This document shows, one piece after another, positions 53,829-64,000 of a stretch of DNA of 64,000 bases. A program made the position numbers and the translations under genes. Numbering within the stretch: position 1 is the stretch's first letter; every line of letters starts with the position of its first letter. The notes below the pieces were generated by a model. That model was not told the origin of the DNA. It did no database searches and saw only the letters and a program-made list of their open reading frames with translations. Origin of the DNA: Anaerolineae bacterium (lineage in GTDB: Bacteria; Chloroflexota; Anaerolineae; B4-G1; SLSP01); contig JBNGCP010000002.1 of NCBI GenBank assembly GCA_049974845.1, forward strand, positions 47,127 through 111,126, given 5' to 3'.

Positions 53829-55273
53829 GACTCCTCCTCGTGCTGACTGCTCTCCCTAGGAGCGCTCGCCTGCGTACGTTTTCGATAGTGTTCGTCGATC
53901 TCCTCCTCCCGCAACCGCGTGAGCTCGGATCGTGGCAGAACTGACAAGACCCGCCAGCCAGTGTCGAGCGTCTCTTCAATGGATCGCTTCTCCCGCTCTC
54001 CCTGCCCCAAGAACTGCTTCTCGAAATCCTCACCGAACTTCAAATAGGCCTGGTCGACGGGGCTCAGCTCTTCCTCACCGATCACCGAAGCTAGCGACCG
54101 CGCATCCTGGGCCTCGCCATAGGCGGCATACAGCTGCGAGGCCAGATGAGGATGATCCGCTCGCGTGTATCCCGGCCCAATGCTGTCCTTCATCAGACGG
54201 GAGAGCGAAGGCAAGATATCGACCGGAGGATAGATCCCCTGCTGAAACAGCTCGCGGCTCAGGACAATCTGTCCCTCGGTAATATACCCCGTTAGATCCG
54301 GAACCGGATGTGTGATGTCATCGTTAGGCATCGTCAGGATTGGTATCTGGGTGATGCTGCCCTCGGACTCCTTGATCTTACCTGTTCGCTCATACATAGA
54401 GGCCAGATCGCTATAGAGGTAGCCAGGGTATCCTTTACGGCTGGGTATCTCACCGCGCGCGCTGGAGACCTCGCGTACGGCCTCGCAGTAGTTGGTCATA
54501 TCAGTCAAAATGACCAGAACATGCATCCCCTCCTCGAAGGCCAGAAACTCAGCCAAGGTCAGGGCGGCCCGCGGTGTGATGATTCGCTCGACGGCAGGAT
54601 CATCCGCCAGATTCAGGAACATGGCAACTCTGCTAAGCGCACCCTCGCTCCTGAGGGCGTCCTGGAAAAACGCTGCCACATCATGCTTCACACCCAGCGC
54701 CGCAAAGACAATCGCGAACTGATCCTGACCACCATCGGCGAGCAGGCCGGCCTGGCGCGCGATCTGCGCCGCAATCTGATCATGAGGCAGCCCACTCCCG
54801 GAGAAGATGGGGAGCTTTTGTCCCAGCACGAGCGTGTTCATTCCATCTATCGCGGAGATGCCGGTGTAGATGGGGTCGTGAGGATAGCGTCGCGCCGTCG
54901 GGTTGATGGGTTGACCGTTGACGTTAGCCCACGTTTGAGCGATAGGATCAGGCAGCCCATCGATTGGGTTGCCTAAGCCGTCGAAAACCCGACCAAGCAT
55001 CTCCGCAGCTACAGGGATATGCATCGGACTACCGGTTAGCCGGACCCGCGTTTCGTCGATCGACAGGCTTGTCGTGCCGGCAAACACCTGCACAACCGCT
55101 GTCTGCTGTCCAACCTCAAGAACGCGACCTGGCCGCACCTGGCCGCTGGCATCGATGACTTCTACCACCTCATCATAGCTGACATCGGAGATCCCCTCAA
55201 TCACCACAATAGGGCCCTCAATGCCCGCAATCCCCTTGATCTCTCGACCCGCAGACATACCCAACTCGGTCAT
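53825..55273 (-). CDS. atpB: V/A-type ATP synthase subunit B
   Basis: Non-catalytic B-subunit pattern ([29 protein letters not shown]). 482 aa. Confidence 0.9.
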   Translation of the reverse strand: MTELGMSAGREIKGIAGIEGPIVVIEGISDVSYDEVVEVIDASGQVRPGRVLEVGQQTAVVQVFAGTTSLSIDETRVRLTGSPMHIPVAAEMLGRVFDGLGNPIDGLPDPIAQTWANVNGQPINPTARRYPHDPIYTGISAIDGMNTLVLGQKLPIFSGSGLPHDQIAAQIARQAGLLADGGQDQFAIVFAALGVKHDVAAFFQDALRSEGALSRVAMFLNLADDPAVERIITPRAALTLAEFLAFEEGMHVLVILTDMTNYCEAVREVSSARGEIPSRKGYPGYLYSDLASMYERTGKIKESEGSITQIPILTMPNDDITHPVPDLTGYITEGQIVLSRELFQQGIYPPVDILPSLSRLMKDSIGPGYTRADHPHLASQLYAAYGEAQDARSLASVIGEEELSPVDQAYLKFGEDFEKQFLGQGEREKRSIEETLDTGWRVLSVLPRSELTRLREEEIDEHYRKRTQASAPRESSQHEEES

Positions 55274-57054
55274 GCGTACTCCTGGGCCAGATCATCCATC
55301 TGCTGATGGAGAACCTCTTCGATCTCATCAAGCTGTTCAAGCTCATCATTGGCAACCGTAGCCTTCATCCTGACAAGCAGATCCACAATGGACTGTTCCC
55401 GCAGGACGACAATCGGGCATCCCTGCTCTATCAGGTCGGCGGCCCGGTCATGAAACGCCAGGATAAGTTGCAGCAACCGGATCTGCTTCTCAGCGGTCGT
55501 GAACGTATCGATATCGTCCATTGCGTCTTGCTGTAGAAAGCCTTCGCGCAGCAGACGTGCCACTTCGAGGACAAGCCGTTGGTCGTCCGGCAACGCATCT
55601 GCACCAATAAGCTGCACGATTTGCTGGAGCCGACTCTCTCTCTGAAGGATACTCAGGGCACGACTGCGAACCTTCTCCCAGTCGCCGTAACCCTGTTCCG
55701 TCCACCAGGCGCTCATCTCATCGACGTATTGGCTATAACTACCAAGCCAATCGACCGCAGGAAAGTGTCGCTCCGACGCCAACTCCTTGTCCAGCGCCCA
55801 AAAGCAGCGCACAAAACGACGTGTATGCTGGGTGACCGGCTCCGAGAAATCCCCCGCGGGTGGGCTGACAGCGCCGATCAGGCTGACAGAACCCAGACTC
55901 CCGCTCAACGTCGTGACCCGGCCCGCACGCTCATAGAACTCCGCGAGGCGCGTCGGCAGATAGGCGGGGAAGCCCTCCTCAGCCGGGAGTTCCTCCAGGC
56001 GGCCAGAGATCTCCCGCAGTGCCTCAGCCCACCTCGACGTTGAGTCCCCCATCAAGGCAACATCGTATCCCATATCTCGATAGTACTCCGCCAAGGTCAC
56101 GCCGGTGTAGATGCTGGCCTCACGTGCCGCCACAGGCATATTGGACGTGTTGGCGATGAGAATTGTGCGCTCCATCAAGGAGTGATCTGACCATGGATCG
56201 CGCAACTCCGGGAACTGACGCAGCACATCCGCCATCTCATTGCCACGCTCCCCGCAGCCTACGTAGATAATGACATCAGCGTCGCTCCACTTGGCAATCT
56301 GATGCTGGAGCACCGTCTTTCCCGCGCCAAAACCGCCGGGAATCGCCGCCGCCCCGCCCTTTGCCAAGGGAAAGAATGTGTCGAGAACGCGCTGTCCCGT
56401 CACAAGCAGATCGTTTGGAGGCTGTCGCTCGGCATAGGGCCGAGGTTTTCGCACCGGCCACTGCTGCAACATCGTGACGCCCTGCTCGCCCCGATCACAA
56501 GCGATCTTCGCGATCTCGTCCTCGAGCGTGTAGATGCCTTCTGGCGCAAGCCACGTGAGTTCGCCAGCAAGCCCAAGAGGAACCATCACGCGGTGCTGAA
56601 CCAAGGGTGTCTCCGGCACCTCACCCACGATCGCACCACCCGAGACCTGCTGGCCCACCTCGACGCTCGGATGAAACTCCCATTCCTTTTTGCGATAGAG
56701 GGGTGTGAGCCGCACACCACGTCCGATGAAGGTCCCGGAGCGCATCTCCATTACGGGCAACGGACGCTGAATGCCGTCGAAGATGCTTGACATCAACCCG
56801 GGCCCAAGCTCGACCGAGAGAGGCGCACCGGTGCGGTAGATCGCCGCCCCGGGCTTGAGACCCGATGTCTCCTCATAGACCTGGATGGTTAGCTCATCGC
56901 CATTAAGCTCGATCACCTCGCCGACGAGATGGTCAGCGCCGACCTCCACCACCTCCTGCATACCAATCTGCCGCGACCCACGAGCGCGCACGACTGGCCC
57001 ATTGATCCAGGTAATCGACCCGGCGCGCTCACGCGTGATCTCGGTCCCGATCAT
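55270..57054 (-). CDS. atpA: V/A-type ATP synthase catalytic subunit A
   Basis: Walker [10 protein letters not shown]. 594 aa with the A-subunit non-homologous insert region. Confidence 0.9.
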   Translation of the reverse strand: MIGTEITRERAGSITWINGPVVRARGSRQIGMQEVVEVGADHLVGEVIELNGDELTIQVYEETSGLKPGAAIYRTGAPLSVELGPGLMSSIFDGIQRPLPVMEMRSGTFIGRGVRLTPLYRKKEWEFHPSVEVGQQVSGGAIVGEVPETPLVQHRVMVPLGLAGELTWLAPEGIYTLEDEIAKIACDRGEQGVTMLQQWPVRKPRPYAERQPPNDLLVTGQRVLDTFFPLAKGGAAAIPGGFGAGKTVLQHQIAKWSDADVIIYVGCGERGNEMADVLRQFPELRDPWSDHSLMERTILIANTSNMPVAAREASIYTGVTLAEYYRDMGYDVALMGDSTSRWAEALREISGRLEELPAEEGFPAYLPTRLAEFYERAGRVTTLSGSLGSVSLIGAVSPPAGDFSEPVTQHTRRFVRCFWALDKELASERHFPAVDWLGSYSQYVDEMSAWWTEQGYGDWEKVRSRALSILQRESRLQQIVQLIGADALPDDQRLVLEVARLLREGFLQQDAMDDIDTFTTAEKQIRLLQLILAFHDRAADLIEQGCPIVVLREQSIVDLLVRMKATVANDELEQLDEIEEVLHQQMDDLAQEYA

Positions 57055-57671
57055 GCATCCCTCTCCTCAGTCAATATGTCATAGATGCGCGACCGCAGCG
57101 TGAGCCGTCGGCGGTCCAACCGTGTCTGTAGCGTATTGTCGTATCGGAAACGCCCATCAGAGCTCTCGACCACAACGCCGATTCTTTCCGAAAGATCGTC
57201 ACCAAAGGCTATCTCCACCTCGGTTGCCTCTGCCAGCCGAGTCAAAGCATCTTCATCGAACATTCCGCGGGTTTGCGGATCAGCTCGCACCAGAACACTT
57301 GCGACGCCGGGCAGATGCTCGACGGCGTCCTTCACGAGCGCCTCGGTGATTTCTGTCCAGCCTTCGAGCTTGGCAGCATCTTGTAGTCGTTCCTCCGCTA
57401 AGCCGAACACTTCGCTCAGAAGCTCCTCGCGTTTTTGCAGCCGGTGCGCGGTCGCCTCGGATTGCCCCTCCGCGATTGCGCTTCGATGAATCTGGTCCAC
57501 TTCTTTGCTAGCATCGCTGATGATTCGCGCCCGGAGAGCCTCAGCTTCGACCTTCGCCCGCTCCCGAATAGTACGAGCCGTTTTCTGTGCGTCGCTAAGA
57601 ATCCGCCATCGGTCACCTTCGGCTTCGGCCTTGGCCGCTGCCCTCAGTGCGCCAACACCACTCTCGTTCAC
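57051..57671 (-). CDS. atpE: V/A-type ATP synthase subunit E
   Basis: Long coiled-coil N-terminus and globular C-terminus typical of subunit E. 206 aa. 4-nt overlaps with both neighbours. Confidence 0.7.
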   Translation of the reverse strand: MNESGVGALRAAAKAEAEGDRWRILSDAQKTARTIRERAKVEAEALRARIISDASKEVDQIHRSAIAEGQSEATAHRLQKREELLSEVFGLAEERLQDAAKLEGWTEITEALVKDAVEHLPGVASVLVRADPQTRGMFDEDALTRLAEATEVEIAFGDDLSERIGVVVESSDGRFRYDNTLQTRLDRRRLTLRSRIYDILTEERDA

Positions 57672-57973
57672 AGTCTCACTCCCAATGTGCGTCGCAGAAT
57701 CTCTCCGATGGACGGCCGATCAGGGTCAGGCCCCTCTGGCCCCGGTATCTGGACAAAGAGCGGTAGCTCGCTTCGCGCCATCAGATCGGCAATGCGATCT
57801 TGAGCCAGCTTCGCTACATCCTCGGTGATCAGAACAACCCCCACGTCACGCTGCTCCAGCACGTCATCCAAGGCAGCTCGTAGCTCAGACGCTGTCTCAG
57901 CTACCTGGCCATGGACACCCGTGAGCGCAAAACCCCAGACGGCCGGCCGCGAGCCAATCACGACAACCTTCAT
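57668..57973 (-). CDS. atpF: V/A-type ATP synthase subunit F
   Basis: MKVVVIGSRPAVWGFALTGV...VGVVLITEDVAKL pattern. 101 aa. Confidence 0.75.
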   Translation of the reverse strand: MKVVVIGSRPAVWGFALTGVHGQVAETASELRAALDDVLEQRDVGVVLITEDVAKLAQDRIADLMARSELPLFVQIPGPEGPDPDRPSIGEILRRTLGVRL

Positions 57974-57981
57974 AAGGAGAC

Positions 57982-58416
57982 TCAGCCAAGGATAATGAAA
58001 GCGATAATCAAACCGTAGATGGCCACACCCTCGGCCAGTCCCACGAAAATCAGCGCGCGGCCAAAGATCTCGGGTCTCTCAGCGATTGCTCCCACCGCGG
58101 CCGACCCTACCGTGCTAACCGCATACGCTGCTCCTAACGATCCCGCGCCCACCGCGATGGCTGCCGCTATGTAGGCCATGGAATCAGTCCCCGTCCCTTG
58201 CTGTCGCAGCCCCATAGCATAGACGACATCAGGGGCCAGGAGCCATACCAGCCCGAGCCCCGCTACGCACAGGGCGATCACTAGATGCGCCAGGCTTATG
58301 CCAAGAACCATCGGGCGCGCAGAGCTGCTATGCCCACGCCAGCGTCTGATAGCCCACAGAAGCGCCGGCAAGAAGGGAAACAATCCTGGTATCACAACCA
58401 TCAATCCTCTTAACAT
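57982..58416 (-). CDS. atpK: V/A-type ATP synthase proteolipid subunit K (c-ring)
   Basis: Gly/Ala-rich helices AVGAGSLGAAYAV and GLAEGVAIYGLIIAFI with conserved Glu. The true start may be the internal Met (MVLGISL). Confidence 0.75.
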   Translation of the reverse strand: MLRGLMVVIPGLFPFLPALLWAIRRWRGHSSSARPMVLGISLAHLVIALCVAGLGLVWLLAPDVVYAMGLRQQGTGTDSMAYIAAAIAVGAGSLGAAYAVSTVGSAAVGAIAERPEIFGRALIFVGLAEGVAIYGLIIAFIILG

Positions 58417-58462
58417 ATCGAAACCTCCTCATTGAGGACTAGCTATGCGGAATCGACGTGCA

Positions 58463-60415
58463 CTAAGGCCGCTGCTCCGCTCCCAGCAGCGTCAACGGCT
58501 GGTACTGCTCTCCACCGCCTGAGAAGAACTTATCGAAAAGCTCATAGTATTCCAACCTTAGTGTCTGGATGACCACAATAAGTCCCTCAAAGCCGATCAC
58601 AAGTACATTACCCAACACCACGGTTGCCCAGTAAGCAGGGCTTCCACTGGAGCCCACCCTGCGAGCCAAAATAAACACCACAAGGCTGAGAGCTCCATGC
58701 GCAACGGCGAAGGCCCCCATCCGCACGTAGGATAGCGTGTTGCTTAAGAGACCGATGACGGCCTCAAACAGCTCGAAGAATCCCTCAAGGAGCGCCAGGC
58801 CCACATCGACATCTTCCTCCCCGCCAGAGTAGACTACGCGCGCCAAGGGCTCGTGGACCACCACGGCCAGAGCGGACACCACCGCGACCGGGACAAGCAA
58901 CCCCATGCTGACCGGCACCTTCGAGGTGAGCAGGCCGGCCCCTAACCCGATCAGCGACCAGTAGAAGGCCAGCCCTGCAAGACCCTTTCGGTCCAGTGCG
59001 AGATCCACCCACTGACCTCGAATTCCCGCTCCAACTACATTGTAGATCATCCCTAGCGTCAGCACCGCGATACCAAACCCCACTGTCGCCAGCAGCACGT
59101 CCATCGTCCGTTCAATCGGGTTGAGCCAAAGAGCCGGAATGACATCCTCAAAACCAAAGAGACTGCCGTAAAGAAACCCAAAGGCTGCGGATACGACCCC
59201 GCACGCCACCGCGATACCACCAAGTCCTGAGAAGCTCTTGAGAGCGCGGATCCTTCCGCTTAGCAGTAACGCGCCAAGGACAACCAACACAAACCCGTGG
59301 CCAACATCACCAAACATCACCCCGAAAATCAAGGGAAAAGTCAACGCCAGCAATGGCGTCGGGTCGAGCTCCTCGTACCGAGGGAGAGCATAGTTGGAGA
59401 CCAATTGCTGGAAAGCCCTGAGCGCTGGAGGATTGTTGTACTCAAACGGCGCCCGAGAGCGCTCCTCAGGTGTAGGTTCGGTGATATCGATCGTCAAGCC
59501 CGAGGAAGCCTCCGCGATAAGGCGGCGAAACTCCTCGGCTTTGGACGCCGGCACCCATCCCGTGACCACGTAGCTGTAGCGAAGCCGCTCATATTGGGCG
59601 ATCGTCTCTGCCACTCTGCGGCTCGCCCGCACCTGCCACAACAACTGACGAAGCTTGCGGATGCGCGTCTCATGAAAGTGATGAATCGCCGCCTGGCCCT
59701 GCGCGATCCCCTCCCGGGTTTCATTTAGCTCTCTATCAAGCCTATCGAGTATCTCGTCCGGCGTCCCTTGGTATTCGTCAGGCAATTCGAGGCTGTTCAG
59801 GTAAGCGCTCCGGGCCGCTCGACGAAGGATATCGCTGTCGCGCCGAAGTCCGAAAAGACCCACGGTGGCCAGGCGGTCACGCTCGTCAAGGGTGACCAGG
59901 ACTGACGGCACATGTTCCAGACTGGTCCTGAGCCGCTCAACATTGCTGAGCGGCATAGAACCGAACATCGAGAAGATATACGTAGAACTGCGAAACGTCT
60001 CAAGCTCAATGCCTAGATCAGTGAGAGGCTCGATCTGGCTTCGCAGTCGCTGAAGCTGCGCCATCCGCTCTCGTGCTTGCTCGAGCTCTCCAACGGGTCC
60101 CCGAGCCTCTTCTTCAAGGGTCTCAATCTCGCGCGCCGCCTGATCCTCCGAGATCAGATGCGGCGTACCCCCGGGCGGTTCGCCTTCCTCTACCCCCAGC
60201 AAGTCCCTGACATCCGCGATTCGCTGGATCAAACGCGCATAAGTGTTGGCTCGCTCGCGCCAGCTGCCGGGGCCCAGGTCTGCAGCCTCTTGCTCTGCTT
60301 GAGGCGGTCTCGCCAGATGGAAGACGCCAGAAGCAGCCAACGCTTCGGTCACAGCGACAATATCATGTTCAGGTACAACAAGCTCAACCTTATACATTGG
60401 CTGAGATCGGAACAT
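58463..60415 (-). CDS. atpI: V/A-type ATP synthase subunit I (a-subunit)
   Basis: 650 aa. Hydrophilic coiled-coil N-terminal half and multi-TM C-terminal half with the conserved Arg-containing helix. Confidence 0.8.
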   Translation of the reverse strand: MFRSQPMYKVELVVPEHDIVAVTEALAASGVFHLARPPQAEQEAADLGPGSWRERANTYARLIQRIADVRDLLGVEEGEPPGGTPHLISEDQAAREIETLEEEARGPVGELEQARERMAQLQRLRSQIEPLTDLGIELETFRSSTYIFSMFGSMPLSNVERLRTSLEHVPSVLVTLDERDRLATVGLFGLRRDSDILRRAARSAYLNSLELPDEYQGTPDEILDRLDRELNETREGIAQGQAAIHHFHETRIRKLRQLLWQVRASRRVAETIAQYERLRYSYVVTGWVPASKAEEFRRLIAEASSGLTIDITEPTPEERSRAPFEYNNPPALRAFQQLVSNYALPRYEELDPTPLLALTFPLIFGVMFGDVGHGFVLVVLGALLLSGRIRALKSFSGLGGIAVACGVVSAAFGFLYGSLFGFEDVIPALWLNPIERTMDVLLATVGFGIAVLTLGMIYNVVGAGIRGQWVDLALDRKGLAGLAFYWSLIGLGAGLLTSKVPVSMGLLVPVAVVSALAVVVHEPLARVVYSGGEEDVDVGLALLEGFFELFEAVIGLLSNTLSYVRMGAFAVAHGALSLVVFILARRVGSSGSPAYWATVVLGNVLVIGFEGLIVVIQTLRLEYYELFDKFFSGGGEQYQPLTLLGAEQRP

Positions 60416-60464
60416 CCAGCCCTCCTCACCTCAACAGACCAGCGTTCGCTAGGGCTCCAGGCCC

Positions 60465-61538
60465 CTACAGGGCGGGCATCAGTAACCGCGACGTGAACAC
60501 TTGCGCGGGTACGCCTGATGCCTTGGCCTCAACCACTACCGTCAGGTCGCGGATCTCATACTCGTTGAGCCACACATACGCCAGCGGGAGACCAATATGA
60601 AAGGGTGAGCCGCGGAACATGTGTCGGCATCGCGTGACAAGGATCTTTAGGAATGCCTCCTCAAGCTTCTCCAACTCCTTACCTGAGACAATCTCATCTG
60701 CGGGAAGCACCTCATCAAGCTCTGGATATACGCGGACGACAACCTCTCGAATCGCATCACCCCGCGCGATGGCGCGAATATCCGCATCTTCAACCTCATA
60801 CCCCAGAGGAAGCGTGTAGTTGATGATCTCCTCCTCTGACAGATGGTGATAGATCCGATAGCGGATCGCCCAAAGCAGATTATCGGTGTCCAACGCGGTC
60901 CCCACGGTCTTCATCGCCATTTCGCGATCCGGCTGGTGAAGCCCCTCGATACAGGCCCAGAGCTCTCGACGATAGCCCAGATCAAGCGCCATCTCCAGGG
61001 GAAAAAGGCTCTGCTCTTCCTCGTAGCGAGTGACGGCATGCCGCAGTAACTCGTAGTACGGTGTTCCTTCTAGTATCTCTACGGCCTCAGGGACGGTATC
61101 TGCACCAACCACGCGCTCAAGTCGGTCTGTCCCGACGCTGATGAAGCGCTCCATTGGATAGAGAAGATGGAGAACGTAGTCCCAGGACGCAGCCGTCTCT
61201 ACTCCCCTGAGGGCTGCCTTCACGTTGTCCACCTCATAGTGATGCCATAGCTGGCGTAAGAGCTCACGCCCTGCCCCGCGCAACACCTGAATAAGCCCCT
61301 CGTACACGTCGGCGAGATGCCAACGGACCTGGTAGACGCTCCGGCGAGGAGTCAGCAAGCTTCGGTCGATCTCCAGATAGGGCCCGTAGATCGTGTCGGA
61401 AAGCAACGCCAGAACCGCGTCCAGATCCGCCGCGTGGATCAGCGACTCCCAGATTTCGTGTGAGAGCAGATCCGCATAGAGCGCACGCACCTTGGCCTGA
61501 ACCAACGCGTATTTGCTTACCGCCGCGAGGCCAAGCAT
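60465..61538 (-). CDS. atpC: V/A-type ATP synthase subunit C (d-subunit)
   Basis: 357 aa all-alpha protein with subunit C/d pattern. Confidence 0.7.
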   Translation of the reverse strand: MLGLAAVSKYALVQAKVRALYADLLSHEIWESLIHAADLDAVLALLSDTIYGPYLEIDRSLLTPRRSVYQVRWHLADVYEGLIQVLRGAGRELLRQLWHHYEVDNVKAALRGVETAASWDYVLHLLYPMERFISVGTDRLERVVGADTVPEAVEILEGTPYYELLRHAVTRYEEEQSLFPLEMALDLGYRRELWACIEGLHQPDREMAMKTVGTALDTDNLLWAIRYRIYHHLSEEEIINYTLPLGYEVEDADIRAIARGDAIREVVVRVYPELDEVLPADEIVSGKELEKLEEAFLKILVTRCRHMFRGSPFHIGLPLAYVWLNEYEIRDLTVVVEAKASGVPAQVFTSRLLMPAL

Positions 61539-61540
61539 CC

Positions 61541-61858
61541 CTAGAGGACCCTTAAGACCTCGTCGACAACGGCGTCGACGGCTTCTGCTATGCGTGCACG
61601 TGCTTCTTCGCCAAACAGCTCCGCTTCCTCGTCAGCCTCGGCCACGATGCGAGCACGCTCGGAAGCCGCGGACGCCTCCCCCGCCCGGATGATACGTGCA
61701 GCTTGCTCCTGCGCCTGCTTTCTCACCTCCTCACGCGTGGCGGCTGCATCCGCCCTAGCCTCTTCAAGGATTTTGTCCGCCTCCGCCTGCGCTTCAGAGC
61801 GGATCCTGTCCGCTTCCTGCTCGATCGTCAGGATCGCCCTCACGGTCTCCTCGTTCAT
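61541..61858 (-). CDS. V/A-type ATP synthase peripheral-stalk subunit (G/H-like)
   Basis: About 105 aa coiled-coil rich in A/E/R (ILTIEQEADRIRSEAQAEADKILEEAR...), first gene of the operon. Start chosen at the internal Met at 61858. Confidence 0.55.
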   Translation of the reverse strand: MNEETVRAILTIEQEADRIRSEAQAEADKILEEARADAAATREEVRKQAQEQAARIIRAGEASAASERARIVAEADEEAELFGEEARARIAEAVDAVVDEVLRVL

Positions 61859-62084
61859 CGTTGAACCCGCTCTCCAAGCTGTATGGCTGACATCGCAGCC
61901 GTTGAGGTACCAGCACACCATTGATCCAAGCACATTATAGACCTCGACCAAGACAATGCGAGCTTCGGCTCCAGTCTGTCGGTTGACCGGGGAGAAGCGG
62001 ATCCCCGGCCTCGAGATTTGTGATGCCTCTGTGAGGGACTATACTGACAATGCTCAAGGATGAAGGAGGAGAGAGGGGACCATA

Positions 62085-62360
62085 ATGACCAGAAAAGTAT
62101 CCGCATTGCTGGACGCCACCGACAGCGTAGCCACAGCGCTGCAGAACATGAAGGCTGGTGACACAATCACTGTACAGCGAGATGACGTGATATACCCCGT
62201 TATCCTGCGCGAAAACATCCCACTCGGGCGCAAATTCGCCGTGCGGGATATCGTGAAGGGGACGGAGATTCGCGAATATGGCTTGCCCATCGGCAGAGCG
62301 CTCAGAGACATCCGAGCTGGTGAGTTGGTGGATGCTCACAACTGCAGTATCTATTCATGA
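62085..62360 (+). CDS. Stand-alone SAF domain protein homologous to the N-terminal domain of altronate dehydratase UxaA
   Basis: LLDATDSVATALQNMKAGDTITV...PLGRKFAVRDIVKGTEIREYGLPIGRALRDIRAGELVDAHN aligns with the UxaA N-terminus (HALDNVAVAL...GHKFALTDIAKG...KYGLPIG..A..I..GE.VH.HN). It ends after 91 aa, and its stop overlaps the next ATG (ATGA). Confidence 0.65.
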   Translation: MTRKVSALLDATDSVATALQNMKAGDTITVQRDDVIYPVILRENIPLGRKFAVRDIVKGTEIREYGLPIGRALRDIRAGELVDAHNCSIYS

Positions 62361-64000
62361 ACGAGCAAGCCGCCCACCCTTCGGTCGAGATCCGCGTCGA
62401 TGTCGCGTCACAGGCCCCCCTGCGTCGCATATGGCGCTACGTCGGCTACGACGAGCCGAACTACACCTATACCGAGAACGGTCGCGAGTTGCTCGCAAAG
62501 CTGGGGCGCATGCAGGACGGACCCTATTACATCCGCTGCCACTTCCTCCTCTGCTCCGGCAACGGATCGGGCGAGCCGAAATGGGGCTCGACGAACGTCT
62601 ACACCGAGGACGAAGCCGGACGTCCGGCCTTCGATTGGCACATCATCGATCGCATCTTCGACACCATCATCGAATGCGGGTGCACCCCCTTTGTCGAGCT
62701 GGGCTTCGTGCCTGAGGCCCTCACGTCCGCGCCACCCGGTACGCCGTACATGGGCGCCACGGCCGAGGGATGGCGATACCCTCCCCGGGATTACGGCCGG
62801 TGGATGGAGTTAATCCGCGCTTTGGCAGCGCACTGCCTGGCCCGTTACGGCCTGCGCGAGGTGAGCTGCTGGTACTGGGAGCTCTGGAACGAGCCCGATA
62901 TCTTCTATTGGCGCGGTACCGTCGAGGCATACTGCCGTCTCTACGACTATACCGTCGCCGCGTTGGTCTCGGTGCTCCCCCAGGCCAAAGTCGGTGGGCC
63001 GGGCACGACCAGCCCGGGCAACGAGAACGCCGGTGCCTTCTTGCGCGATTTCCTGGCGCATTGCACCGGCGAGGAGAACGCGGTCACGGGCGAGATGGGA
63101 ACCCGCCTCGACTTCATCAGCTTCCATACAAAGGGGGGCGGATACGGGCGCGAGCCGGGCGCGCCCAAGAAAACCCCCACCCTTCACACGCTGATGCGCC
63201 ACGTCGCCGCCGGTCTGGAGATCGTCGCCGGCTTCCCGGCTCTCCGCCAGCACGAAGTCATCCTGTCGGAGTGCGATCCCGACGGCTGGGCTGCTGGCAG
63301 CATCCGCGAGAACCCCAACCTCTTCTATCGCAACACCGAGTACTACGCCAGCTACGTCGCCAGCGCTGCCTGCCAGCTTCTCGCAGCCGGCCATCCGCAA
63401 GGGCCGCGCGTCGATGGCATGCTGACGTGGGCCTTCCAGTTCGAGGACAGGGAGGCCTTCGCAGGGCTGCGCACGCTCAGCACCCAAGGCGTCGACAAGC
63501 CCATCCTCAGCGTCTTCAGGCTACTGGCTACGATGGGGGGCGCCATGGTGGACCTGACCAGCAATGGTGCCCGTGATCCCGTAGCGCAGGGCCGTGGGGA
63601 CCTCCCGGGAGATCCACCGAACGTCTCGGGCATCGCGTCGGTCGACGCTCTAGGCATCCTTCGTCTTTTCCTGGTCAGTCACCACGATGACTGGGACGTC
63701 GAGGGACTCACAGAGCTGCGCGTTCGAATAGCCGGCCTCGACAAGGACACGCGTTATGAGGCGAAGCAGATCCGCATCGATGGCGATCACGCCAACGCGC
63801 ACACAACCTGGACTCATCTGGGGAAGCCAGCCTGGCCATCCGAGGCGCAGCTTGTCCGTCTCCGTGAGGCCTCGCGGCTGAGATCGACGCCGCTGGATCA
63901 GATCGAGACCGAGGATGGCCTCCTCTCGCTATCGTTGACCCTGCCGACGCACGGCATCTGCCTTGTAGAGCTGCAACCGGTTTGGCAGCCCTCCGAGATA
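62357..64000 (+). CDS. GH39-like glycoside hydrolase (beta-xylosidase/alpha-L-iduronidase family), 3'-truncated at the window edge
   Basis: Not in the ORF track because there is no stop within the window. My translation from ATG 62357 is open to nt 64000. Motif WYWELWNEPDIFYWRGTVEAYCRLYDYTVAALVSVLPQAKVGGPG matches the GH39 acid/base region. Confidence 0.6.
   Translation, partial: MNEQAAHPSVEIRVDVASQAPLRRIWRYVGYDEPNYTYTENGRELLAKLGRMQDGPYYIRCHFLLCSGNGSGEPKWGSTNVYTEDEAGRPAFDWHIIDRIFDTIIECGCTPFVELGFVPEALTSAPPGTPYMGATAEGWRYPPRDYGRWMELIRALAAHCLARYGLREVSCWYWELWNEPDIFYWRGTVEAYCRLYDYTVAALVSVLPQAKVGGPGTTSPGNENAGAFLRDFLAHCTGEENAVTGEMGTRLDFISFHTKGGGYGREPGAPKKTPTLHTLMRHVAAGLEIVAGFPALRQHEVILSECDPDGWAAGSIRENPNLFYRNTEYYASYVASAACQLLAAGHPQGPRVDGMLTWAFQFEDREAFAGLRTLSTQGVDKPILSVFRLLATMGGAMVDLTSNGARDPVAQGRGDLPGDPPNVSGIASVDALGILRLFLVSHHDDWDVEGLTELRVRIAGLDKDTRYEAKQIRIDGDHANAHTTWTHLGKPAWPSEAQLVRLREASRLRSTPLDQIETEDGLLSLSLTLPTHGICLVELQPVWQPSEI

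Noticed and set aside
1-64000. Searched for CRISPR arrays, transposases/IS elements, integrases, tRNA/rRNA genes and toxin-antitoxin pairs.
   Set aside because: No regularly spaced direct repeats, no transposase or integrase motifs, and no tRNA-like cloverleaf or rRNA-conserved stretches were seen. Only short micro-repeats at 14330-14370 and 40912-40962.

Overview
High-GC (~65%) bacterial chromosomal window, densely coding, with most genes on the minus strand. Gene content suggests a Chloroflexota/Thermomicrobia-like organism, but this is a guess and unverified. All functional calls below come from reading motifs in the translated ORFs; no database search was run.

Contents in order:
- A 5'-truncated GH2 glycosidase gene.
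- An L,D-transpeptidase with a LysM domain.
- An MBL-fold hydrolase.
- A minus-strand locus (3.9-13.2 kb) under a divergent AraC-type regulator. It holds a Cys-type sulfatase, four Gfo/Idh/MocA oxidoreductases, a sugar-phosphate isomerase/epimerase (TIM barrel), a PAPS-type sulfotransferase, and a sulfatase-like enzyme with Thr at the formylglycine position.
- A truncated enolase-superfamily gene remnant.
- A complete but variant System I cytochrome c maturation operon (ccmE-ccmF::tlpA fusion-two unknown membrane proteins-ccmA-ccmB-ccmC-ccmD). CcmE carries the archaeal-type CPSKY (Cys) haem-binding motif, and no ccmH/ccmI is present.
- A sensor histidine kinase C-terminal remnant and two PepSY-like small proteins.
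- A second sulfotransferase, a GH20-like small protein, two intact enolase-superfamily genes, a SAM methyltransferase and inorganic pyrophosphatase.
- A second sulfatase in an operon with an Fe-alcohol dehydrogenase, a GH140-like (DUF4038) gene, and an ArnT/PMT-family membrane glycosyltransferase.
- rpe plus a bifunctional transaldolase/glucose-6-phosphate isomerase.
- A membrane transporter-like protein.
- A roughly 560-nt low-GC non-coding region ending in a strong hairpin just before an MscS channel gene.
- A DksA/TraR zinc-finger protein, then rpoD with a recognisable promoter and a bidirectional terminator.
- A 1,302-aa S8 subtilase with CHRD and PKD domains.
- A Family-1 encapsulin operon. 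The cargo is a tandem bacterioferritin-like protein with a C-terminal GSL-type targeting peptide; the Linocin-like shell gene follows, then a pterin-4a-carbinolamine dehydratase.
- A purH split into separate IMP-cyclohydrolase and AICAR-transformylase genes.
- A universal stress protein.
- A nine-gene V/A-type ATPase operon.
- A stand-alone UxaA-type SAF-domain mini-gene translationally coupled to a 3'-truncated GH39-like glycosidase.

No rRNA, tRNA, CRISPR or transposase was recognised.
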